Shown here: positions 36,066 to 44,900 of the stretch, in pieces
How the letters are laid out: the number at the start of each line of letters is the position of its first letter
Numbering within the stretch: the stretch's first letter is position 1
Virus record (IMG/VR): IMGVR_UViG_3300009507_002699
Coordinates: 1 to 62,223 of that record
Length of the DNA stretch: 62,223 bases
Strand: one strand, 5' to 3'
From: a virus
Lineage: Duplodnaviria > Caudoviricetes
Translations under genes and position numbers: made by a program
Notes under the pieces: generated by a model
Seen by the model: only the letters and a program-made list of their open reading frames with translations
Told to the model about the DNA's origin: nothing
The model's database searches: none

Positions 36066-37544
36066 ATGGCTTATACGATTAACAAATACAGCGGCGCAAC
36101 ACTAGTAGTAGTGCAAGATGGTACCGTTGATGTTACAACAGACTTAACGTTTGTTGGCAAAAACTACGCTGGATACGGCGAAATACAAAACGAAAACTTT
36201 TTGTTTTTATTAGAAAACTTTAGCGGAACTTCACAACCGCCAAAACCACTAAGCGGACAGATATGGCACGATTCAACAAACGGCAAAATTAAATTCTACG
36301 ATGGTACAAAGTTTAAAACTACAGGCGGTGCAGAAGTTTCAACCACACAGCCAGTAGGTTTAACAGCAGGCGACTTTTGGTGGGATTCAGGTAACAGTCA
36401 ATTATATACTTACAACGGAACATCATTTGTACTAGTTGGACCGCAAGGTGCTGGTACAGGTCTTACACAGATGCAGAGTAAAACAGTGCGTGATACAGCG
36501 GCTGTGAATCATAGTGTTATCGCCGCAACAATTGAAGATGAAATTATATATATTATTAGTGGACAAGAATTTACAATTGATGCTACTGATCCTGCAAATG
36601 CAATTACAGGATTTGATGTTATCAAAAAAGGATTAACATTAATTAATACGACAGATGCAACAAATGGTGTAACATCAACTAATCATTATTATTGGGGAAC
36701 ATCAAGTAATGCATTAAGATTAGGTGGATTACTTCCAAGTAGTTTTGTACAGAGTACACCAGGTATACCAACAACATTTGATGATATTGTAAGATTTCCA
36801 GATGCAGGTATTACAGTAGGTGATCAAAACGATTTACACATTTACATTGAAAATGGTAACCAGGGCGTTATTGCTAATGAAGTTGGAACAAACAATATTA
36901 TTAGATTTAAAACAAGTAATGCAAATAGTGTTCAAACTAACAGTGTTATTATTCAATCAACTGGTATCAATCCAGGTTCAACAAGCACATACACACTAGG
37001 ATCAAGTATTGCTAAATGGTCAAACGTTTGGGCAGACAATTTCCAAGGTAATTCATCAAGTGCAAGTGCAATTAGATTTAACAGTGCAGATTATGCAGGC
37101 GACACAAGTGCTATTGCAAGCACAACAGCATTGCGTGATAGCACAGGTGATTTACATGCTAATTTCTTTAGAGGAACTGCAACACAAGCACAATATGCCG
37201 ACTTAGCAGAAAACTATGAAACAGCAGTACATGAACCTATTGGTACAGTAATGGCAGTAGGTGGAGAAAAAGAAGTTCGTCCAGCAAAAGTAAGTGATCT
37301 TTGTATAGGCGTTATTTCAGAAAATCCAGCATATTTAATGAACAGTATGTCTCCTGGACAAGCAGTTGCACTTAAAGGTCGAGTTCCTGTAAGAGTAAAA
37401 GGACCAGTTTCAAAAGGACAGGCAGTTTATGCATGGCAAGATGGTGTTGCTTCAACTATTGCAAGTAACGGATTAGTTGGTGTTGCATTGGAATCAACCA
37501 CTTCTGATTCAGAGCAGTTAATAGAGTGTGTTTTAAAAGTATAA
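36066..37544 (+). CDS. tail fibre protein with C-terminal intramolecular-chaperone (peptidase G2/IMC-like) domain
   Basis: Shared N-terminal domain. C-terminal YADLAENY, IGVISENPAYLMN and VALKGRVPVRVKG. Confidence 0.75.
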   Translation: MAYTINKYSGATLVVVQDGTVDVTTDLTFVGKNYAGYGEIQNENFLFLLENFSGTSQPPKPLSGQIWHDSTNGKIKFYDGTKFKTTGGAEVSTTQPVGLTAGDFWWDSGNSQLYTYNGTSFVLVGPQGAGTGLTQMQSKTVRDTAAVNHSVIAATIEDEIIYIISGQEFTIDATDPANAITGFDVIKKGLTLINTTDATNGVTSTNHYYWGTSSNALRLGGLLPSSFVQSTPGIPTTFDDIVRFPDAGITVGDQNDLHIYIENGNQGVIANEVGTNNIIRFKTSNANSVQTNSVIIQSTGINPGSTSTYTLGSSIAKWSNVWADNFQGNSSSASAIRFNSADYAGDTSAIASTTALRDSTGDLHANFFRGTATQAQYADLAENYETAVHEPIGTVMAVGGEKEVRPAKVSDLCIGVISENPAYLMNSMSPGQAVALKGRVPVRVKGPVSKGQAVYAWQDGVASTIASNGLVGVALESTTSDSEQLIECVLKV

Positions 37545-37547
37545 ATA
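37540..37547 (+). promoter_or_regulatory. T4-type late promoter TATAAATA
   Basis: Exact consensus overlapping the stop codon, followed by AAGGAAG RBS and ATG at 37577. Confidence 0.65.
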
Positions 37548-37576
37548 TTAAAACACGTATATAAAGGAAGTAGGCT

Positions 37577-38485
37577 ATGGCAGTTGGCGATTTAATTACA
37601 GCCGCAAGATATAATAATGCACAAGGTAGAGTGGAAGCAATACTTGGTGTAGGTTCAACGACTGAAGGTTACGGACAAACAGTTACTAGTGAACAAGTAT
37701 CGAGTAACGTTATAATTAATGCATCTCATGTTAATGCCCTATATACAGATTTAAACAAAATTTATGTTCACCAAACTGGTGGAAGTCCAAATTCAATTGC
37801 ACAAGTAGAAGTTGGTGATGTTGTTGCTGAAGATACAAGCGGTGGCGATACACTAGAAGGATTTGTTGATTATGAAAACTTTATTAGTATTATCGAAACA
37901 TCTGGAAATAGATTTAGACTAGCCGGTGCTCAAAGTAGTACATTAAATAATGCAAAAGTAATCCAAAGAAGAAATCAATGGACTGCACCAATCGAATGTG
38001 AATTTTTAATATCATTTACTAATGCTAATGCACGTAGACATTTTTTTAATGCAGGCGGCAAACTTACATTTATTAGTTCATTAAGCGGAACACCAGTTAG
38101 CGGTGACAGTGTTGCAAAAAGTCAAGACTGGGCGGCAATACTTGGAAATGCTGGAACAGTTAGTATGGATCATAATGTAACTACAACATCAGGATCTGGA
38201 GTTGTACAAAGTATTGGTAATTTTGATTTAACAACTTCTTACCAAGAAATATATAGAAAATCAGCAACAGGAGTATATGGAAATAACAACTATATTCTTT
38301 ATGCTAAGGCGCCTACTAGTTCTACTATAGAAGTAAAATATGATTTTTATGATGCCGCAGTATCCGGCTATAAAATTGATGAACCAGTCCAAGGACTTTT
38401 AGAAGCCAAAATAGGATTTGTTAGAGCAAGTGGATCGTATGTTGATACGCCTGCGCCAGCATTTTCGGCCACAAATAGTCTTTAG
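37577..38485 (+). CDS. virion structural protein (paralog 1)
   Basis: Ser/Thr/Gly-rich, preceded by a late promoter, colinear with the next gene. Confidence 0.65.
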   Translation: MAVGDLITAARYNNAQGRVEAILGVGSTTEGYGQTVTSEQVSSNVIINASHVNALYTDLNKIYVHQTGGSPNSIAQVEVGDVVAEDTSGGDTLEGFVDYENFISIIETSGNRFRLAGAQSSTLNNAKVIQRRNQWTAPIECEFLISFTNANARRHFFNAGGKLTFISSLSGTPVSGDSVAKSQDWAAILGNAGTVSMDHNVTTTSGSGVVQSIGNFDLTTSYQEIYRKSATGVYGNNNYILYAKAPTSSTIEVKYDFYDAAVSGYKIDEPVQGLLEAKIGFVRASGSYVDTPAPAFSATNSL

Positions 38486-38529
38486 GATAATTAATAATAT
38501 ACGGTATTTGCCGTAACGAGGAGATTTAA

Positions 38530-39468
38530 ATGGCCGTTGGTGATCTAATTACCGCAACTAGATATAATGCTTTACAAACTCGAGTAGAGAGTATTCTTGC
38601 CAACGGATCAGGCACTGAAGGGTATGGACAAAATACAGCCAGTTCACAAGTTGCCGTAGGAAATTTAGTTACTGCAACTCATGTAAATCAGTTAAAGACA
38701 GATATTGATCGAATTAATAGACATCAGACTAATCAAGCGGCAGGTACTATTGCTACTGTTGCTATTAATGATTTAATTGCTGATGAAACAAGTGATGACC
38801 CAAACGGTATATTAAAAGGATTTGTTGACTATGAACAGTCAATGAATACTTTAGAAACATCACCAAACAGATTTAGACTAGCACCATTACAAAGTACTAC
38901 AGGTAGTAATTCTGTATCGTCACAATTTACAACAAATTGGAATCAGAATTTAAATGCTTACTTTAGGGTAACATTTACTAGTGCAGATGCACGTAGACAT
39001 TATTTTAATGCTGGTGGTACAATTACATTTGTAAGTAGTTTATCTAGTTCAGCAACTGGCGGAAATGTTGCTAAAACAAATGACTGGGCAACTATGCTAT
39101 CAAATGCAGGAACAGTATCAGTGGGGTACAATTATACTTCAACTAGTAATAGTGGTACTGGTAGTGCAATTGGTAATTATCAATTAACTTCATCAGAACA
39201 ACAACTTTTTAGAAAAACAGGTAGTGGTGTTTATGCTGATAATAACTATTACATTAGAGGAAGAGAAATTAATTCTTCAACTATTGAATTCCGCATTAAT
39301 ATGAACGAAGCAGATACAGGACAAGGCTTTGGTAAAGCGCCAGCACCTGTTGACGAATATGTACAAGGCACATTAACAACAAACGTAGGTTTTGTAAGAG
39401 CAAGCGGGTCGTATGTTGATACTCCAGTACCTTCATTCACTGTACAATCTAATTTTAGTGGCAGTTAA
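38530..39468 (+). CDS. virion structural protein (paralog 2)
   Basis: MAVGDLITA.RYN, ARRH.FNAGG and GFVRASGSYVDTP are shared with 37577-38485. GAGGAG RBS. Confidence 0.65.
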   Translation: MAVGDLITATRYNALQTRVESILANGSGTEGYGQNTASSQVAVGNLVTATHVNQLKTDIDRINRHQTNQAAGTIATVAINDLIADETSDDPNGILKGFVDYEQSMNTLETSPNRFRLAPLQSTTGSNSVSSQFTTNWNQNLNAYFRVTFTSADARRHYFNAGGTITFVSSLSSSATGGNVAKTNDWATMLSNAGTVSVGYNYTSTSNSGTGSAIGNYQLTSSEQQLFRKTGSGVYADNNYYIRGREINSSTIEFRINMNEADTGQGFGKAPAPVDEYVQGTLTTNVGFVRASGSYVDTPVPSFTVQSNFSGS

Positions 39469-39471
39469 TAC

Positions 39472-39500
39472 TTGACTTTCTAGCAATTTTACCGTATAAT
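39472..39500 (+). promoter_or_regulatory. sigma70-type promoter at the start of the modification island
   Basis: TTGACT (39472-39477), 17 bp spacer, TATAAT (39495-39500). GGAGA RBS before ATG 39520. Confidence 0.8.
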
Positions 39501-39519
39501 AGTAATATATGGAGAAATT

Positions 39520-39855
39520 ATGGATCAGCGTCTAAAAAAAGCACTCGAACATGCAGATTATGTAACAACATTTAAGAATCAAAAACGTGTTCTACTAGAA
39601 AAATTTAATAAAGAATCTACAATATATTATGAAGGTGGGCAATATACTGCAACAAGAGAACTTATTGCAAGTATAAAGACTATTGACAGTCATATTTTTA
39701 TAGATAATAACAATATTCCTATCCGTATATTAAATAGAGGCGAATTCTACAATACTTTAATTGATGCGTATGAATCTGCATTAGAATCTTATAATAAAGA
39801 ATATCAAAAATTAGTAAAAAGTGAGCGTACTGTACAAGGAATTCTTGATGTCTAA
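39520..39855 (+). CDS. hypothetical protein
   Basis: 111 aa with a good RBS and promoter. No recognised catalytic motif. Confidence 0.7.
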   Translation: MDQRLKKALEHADYVTTFKNQKRVLLEKFNKESTIYYEGGQYTATRELIASIKTIDSHIFIDNNNIPIRILNRGEFYNTLIDAYESALESYNKEYQKLVKSERTVQGILDV

Positions 39856-40645
39856 AGGCATACTTGTTCATGCGTTCAACAATGAAGAAATAAATTACGT
39901 TAAGCAAGCATGTATGGTTGCAGAACGGGCAAAGAAATATCTTGATCTACCTACAAGTATAATAACCGACGGTGATGTTCCAGAAAATGTTTTTGATAAC
40001 GTAATTAAAGTTGATACTCCACAAAAGTATACTAAGAAATTATATAACAACGGCAATAACGGAACACATCTTACATTTAAAAATAATGCAAGAGTTTTAA
40101 GTTACGATTTAACACCGTACGATCAAACTTTAATGATTGATAGTGATATTATTATTTGTGATGATACTTATAAACATTGTTTCGATCAAAATTCTCCTTT
40201 GTTAATGTATAGAAGTGCTTATCATTTAGCAAACGAATCTCAGCACATCGACTATAGAGAATTTGATAAAATAAGTGATGCAAGTGTAGACTTTTATTGG
40301 GCAACTTGTGTTTATTTTGTAAAGTGTAAGCAGAATAAAATTTTCTTTGACCTATTGCAACACATTGAAGAACAATGGTCGCATTATAGAATGTTATATC
40401 AGATTGTACAACAAACATATCGTAATGATTTTGCTTTTAGTATTGCTGTACATATAATGAATGGACATAGCAAAGGTGACGTTGCTAGACCAATGCCAGG
40501 TAAACTTTATTATACAATTGACAAAGATACTTTATGTAATATTCAAAACGATGAACTTACATTTGTAATTGATAACAATCCAATTAAAACAACAGGCATG
40601 ACTGTACATACAATGAACAAGTACAATTTAGAGGAACTACTATGA
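39848..40645 (+). CDS. GT-A fold (DxD) glycosyltransferase-like protein
   Basis: Start moved to ATG 39848 (MSKGILVHAFNN). YDLTPYDQTLMIDSD and YRNDFAFSIA. Confidence 0.7.
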   Translation: MSKGILVHAFNNEEINYVKQACMVAERAKKYLDLPTSIITDGDVPENVFDNVIKVDTPQKYTKKLYNNGNNGTHLTFKNNARVLSYDLTPYDQTLMIDSDIIICDDTYKHCFDQNSPLLMYRSAYHLANESQHIDYREFDKISDASVDFYWATCVYFVKCKQNKIFFDLLQHIEEQWSHYRMLYQIVQQTYRNDFAFSIAVHIMNGHSKGDVARPMPGKLYYTIDKDTLCNIQNDELTFVIDNNPIKTTGMTVHTMNKYNLEELL

Positions 40646-41448
40646 CGCAAGGCATCTTAATTTTTGCACAGAATAATTCAACTGATGATTATGTAAAACA
40701 AGCCTACTTGTGTGCAATGAGTGGCATGCATAGTGGTAACAAACATTTTACTCTTGTAACAGATAAAGATGTTGATGAAAAAACAGCGTTTATATTTGAT
40801 AAAGTGATAGTGTTGAAACACGACCAAGCCTCTAATAGTGAATGGAAAATAGAAAATAGATGGAAAGCATTTAATCTTAGTCCTTACAATGAAACTATTG
40901 TAGTTGATAGTGATGTATTATTCTTAGACAAAATTGATTGGGATTTATTTGAAAAACAGGAATTGTACTTTACACAAAATCCAATAACATATAGGCAAGA
41001 ACCTATTAATGACACGTATTATAGAAAAGTATTTCATCAAAATAACCTATTTAATGTTTATACAGGATTGTATTACTTTAAAAAAACAAAACGTGTATCA
41101 CAGTTTTTTGCATTATTAGAAACTGTAATAACTGATTGGAAAGAGTTTTACGAAGTATTCTGTACAGAGTTTAAACCAAAGCATTGTAGCATTGATGTTT
41201 GTGCGGCGATTGTTCTTGAGTTAATGGAATATGATAGATTTCAAAAAGTAGATCTAATTGATTTTGTACATATGAAGTTACATGCACAAAATTGGGTAGA
41301 TACAAGTGAGCATTGGCAAGAAAAGGTAGACTGGTACTTTAATGATGGACTTAAAATTGGAAATCATCAACAGCACGGAGTATTTCATTATACTGAAAAA
41401 GATTTTTGCGATAAAATTTTAGCAAGGTATGAAGAATGTATTGGTTAA
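40642..41448 (+). CDS. GT-A fold (DxD) glycosyltransferase-like protein, paralog
   Basis: QGILIFAQNN...YVKQAY, NLSPYNETIVVDSD, FVHMK and FHYTEK. ATGA overlap with the upstream gene. Confidence 0.7.
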   Translation: MTQGILIFAQNNSTDDYVKQAYLCAMSGMHSGNKHFTLVTDKDVDEKTAFIFDKVIVLKHDQASNSEWKIENRWKAFNLSPYNETIVVDSDVLFLDKIDWDLFEKQELYFTQNPITYRQEPINDTYYRKVFHQNNLFNVYTGLYYFKKTKRVSQFFALLETVITDWKEFYEVFCTEFKPKHCSIDVCAAIVLELMEYDRFQKVDLIDFVHMKLHAQNWVDTSEHWQEKVDWYFNDGLKIGNHQQHGVFHYTEKDFCDKILARYEECIG

Positions 41449-41954
41449 TATTTGATAAAGATACTAGTAAAATAGTTGGTCTACAAAACTATACCCCCGA
41501 ATCGGAGTATTGTTTAGAGGTTACCGAAGATCAATATGTCGACTTTATAACTAATCCTGATAAGAAAGACAATTATATTGTTAAGTATGATCTTTCTCAA
41601 AAGAAATATGTAATGTTAGCATATGAACAACCTAAACTTACATATGATATTAAAGATGTAATATATCATATACCTAAACAAAGTGTAGGCGATTGTATTA
41701 TAAAACGTACAACTGAATGGAATATACTTGTTAATCTCAAAGAACAAATGTTATTAGACCCAAGACAAATGTGTAAATTTAGTATTACAAAAGCAAACGA
41801 CCCCCATTTACTAATTAGAACATTTGTTGCAACAGTAGAACAAATCACTAAAGGATATACAGTCCAGTTTGACTACGAAGAAGAGAGTGGCGATGTAAGT
41901 ATATATACGCCAAAGATTTTTGATACATACGGATTTATCGATGAAACAATTTAA
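41436..41954 (+). CDS. hypothetical protein
   Basis: 172-aa ORF overlapping both neighbours in the operon. Confidence 0.65.
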   Translation: MYWLIFDKDTSKIVGLQNYTPESEYCLEVTEDQYVDFITNPDKKDNYIVKYDLSQKKYVMLAYEQPKLTYDIKDVIYHIPKQSVGDCIIKRTTEWNILVNLKEQMLLDPRQMCKFSITKANDPHLLIRTFVATVEQITKGYTVQFDYEEESGDVSIYTPKIFDTYGFIDETI

Positions 41955-44900
41955 AGTTCTAGACTACGACATTATATATTTGTCGTATGACGAGCCAAAT
42001 GCTGAAGAAAATTATTCAAACTTACTTACAAAAGTGCCGTGGGCAAAACGTGTACACGGTGTAGAAGGTTCAGATGCGGCACATAAAGCCTGTGCTAAAA
42101 TTGCGGAAACAGATAGGTTCATTACTATTGACGGCGATAATCAAATAGATGAACAGTTTTTAAATCAAACAATTAATTTTCAAGATGGCGTAGATTTATC
42201 AAGACATGTGGTAAGTTGGACTGCTGATAATATTATTAACGGTTTGCGTTATGGTAATGGCGGTATTAAATGTTGGGATAGAGAAACTGTTTTAAAAATG
42301 AAAACACATGAAAATGCTGACCCGGGTAATGTTGCGGCCGGTATTGATTTTTGTTGGGATTTAGAATATATTCAAATTAATAGTTTAATGAGTACAGTAT
42401 ATAATAATGCAACTCCACAGCAAGCGTGGCGTGCAGGGTTTCGTGAAGGTGTTAAAATGTCCTTAATTGAAGGAGTTAAGCCTTCTAAAACTGAACTTAT
42501 TGGCAATCATTGGAAAAACTTAGAACGTTTATATATTTGGTGTATGACTGGTGCTGATGTTGAAAACGGTCTTTGGGCTGTATATGGCGCTAGAGAAGGC
42601 TTGTACAAAACAATGTGTACAGACTGGGATTATGTAAATGTTCGAGACTTTGAATACTTGAACAAATTATGGAAAGATAAAGTACAAGACGAAAGCGACT
42701 TAATAGAAGCAATCAAAGATTACGGTGAAAGATTAAAAGAACAATTGGATATTCCTATTGCTGTAACGCCCTTAGACGCTCAACAAAGCAAGTTCTTTAA
42801 AAGTACATACCGCAACCCACCAAGACCAGAACATCCTTATATACGTACATCTACAACACAGTTTAATAGTTTTTCATCGCAGTTTAAAACTTATACGCCT
42901 GAACAAGCACCAGTTACTAAAGAATATGATATTGTAATGATATCTTATGATGAAGCAAATGCAGACGAAAACTTTAACAAACTAAAAACAAGATTCCCTA
43001 GAGCACAGCGTATACATGGGGTAAAAGGAATACATCAAGCACACATTGCCGCGGCTAATATCTGCTCAACAGAAATGTTTTGGATTGTAGACGGTGATGC
43101 TGTAATTGAAGATGAATTTAATTTTGATTATGTTGCAGACGATAACAGAGCAGTACATGTGTGGCGTAGTAAAAATCCTATCAATGATTTAGTATACGGC
43201 TATGGTGGTGTAAAATTATTTCCAACACAAATGACACGTGATATGGATACAAGTCGTCCTGATATGACTACAAGTATTAGCGATAGATTTAAGAAGATGG
43301 AAAAGATATCCTGCGTAACAGGATTTAATTCAAGTGAATTTAGTACTTGGCGAAGTGCATTTAGAGAATGTGCAAAACTAAGTTCTAAAGTTATTGATAG
43401 GCAAAAAGAGGATGAAACAAATGAAAGATTACGAATTTGGACAACAATGGGAAAAGACCGTCCCTTCGGCGAACACGCTATTAAAGGTGCTATTGCTGGC
43501 AGGGAGTTTGGGCTTTCTGATGGCGCTGATCTTCGGTTAATAAATGACTTCAATTGGTTGTATGAACAGTTTGTAGAAAATACAGATACTACAGAAGAAT
43601 GGCAAGAATTATACAAACAAGATGATAAAACTCAAATATCAACTCCAGTCGACATTGCTCCTGTTGAAATACAAACAAATACAGAATGGAAACAAACTGA
43701 TCCTGTTGAAATACAAGCAGATACAGAATGGAAACAAACCGTACCATTCAAACAAGACGACCCATTACCTCCAAGAGACACATTTATTGTAGACTTATTA
43801 GATAGATTTGAAATACTATACGGAGATAAAGTTTCTAACTTAAGACGTTTTTATAATGACGGCCATATGTTAGATATCTTACGCATAATTGGCAATGACG
43901 ATTTGCGTAGATTTGTTGAAGAACGCAACTATCATAGTTTATTTAGATACTTAGAATCTAAAGGTATTGAGATAGAAGATGAACGTAAAATGTATATTGA
44001 AAAAAATGTACACAGTTTATTTAGATTGTTAGGTGAAGAACACGAAGATTTACGTAAGGCCGTTGTTGAAGATAATGTACATAGTTTGTTCAGGCTAGTA
44101 GGCGATGAACACGAAGAATTACGCAAAGCAGTTGCTGAAGAAAACTTACATAGTTTATTTAGGTTACTAGGTGATGAATACGAAGATTTGCGTAAAATAG
44201 TTACAGAAGATAACGTACACAGTTTATTTAGATTGCTTGGTGAAGAACACGAAGAATTGCGTAAGACTGTTGTCGAAGAAAACTTACATAGCCTATTTAG
44301 ATTGCTAGGCGACGAATACGAAGATTTACGTAAAGTTGTTATTGAAGAAAATTTACATAGTTTGTTTAGAATATTAGGACCTAATCATGATAATCTTCGT
44401 ACAGCAATGCTTGATAAAAATTTACACGGTCTATTTAGATTATTAGGTCCACAGCATGAAGATATGCGTAAAGCAATGGTAGAAAAAAACTTTCATGGCT
44501 TGTTTAGATTGTTAGGTAAAGACCACGAAGATTTACGCAAGGCTACTACAGAGAAAAACTTGCACAGTTTATTTAGACTTGTAGGTGATGGTCATGAAGA
44601 TTTACGTAAAGCAATAGTAGAGAAAAACTTTCATGGACTGTTTAGATTGCTTGGCGAAGGATATGAAGACCTACGTAAAGTAATGACAGAAAAAAATGTA
44701 CACAGTTTGTTTAGACTAATTGAACAAACAGATACTACAGATGATTTAAGAAAAGCACTAGTTGAATCAAACGAAATGAGTTTGTTTAGATTAATAGAAG
44801 GCAAAGATACTATTGTTGAAGATGTTAAAAAAGCAGGTTTCTTTAAAAATATTTGGAGTCTAAAACGTATTGAGCCAGACGTTACTGACGAAGTTAATCT

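Noticed and set aside
38500-38515. Small hairpin TACGGT-ATTT-GCCGTA between the paralogous genes as a terminator
   Set aside because: The stem is short, has no U-tract and sits just before the RBS. It may be a processing or stability element but this is unsupported.
37577-39468. Paralogous pair or shared fibre N-termini as a diversity-generating retroelement or invertible cassette
   Set aside because: Similarity is at protein level with divergence at all bases rather than adenine-specific. No reverse transcriptase, invertase or inverted repeats were seen.
43999-44760. 69-bp periodic array as a CRISPR array
   Set aside because: The units are in-frame coding repeats with synonymous variation. 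There is no invariant repeat with unique spacers and no cas gene.
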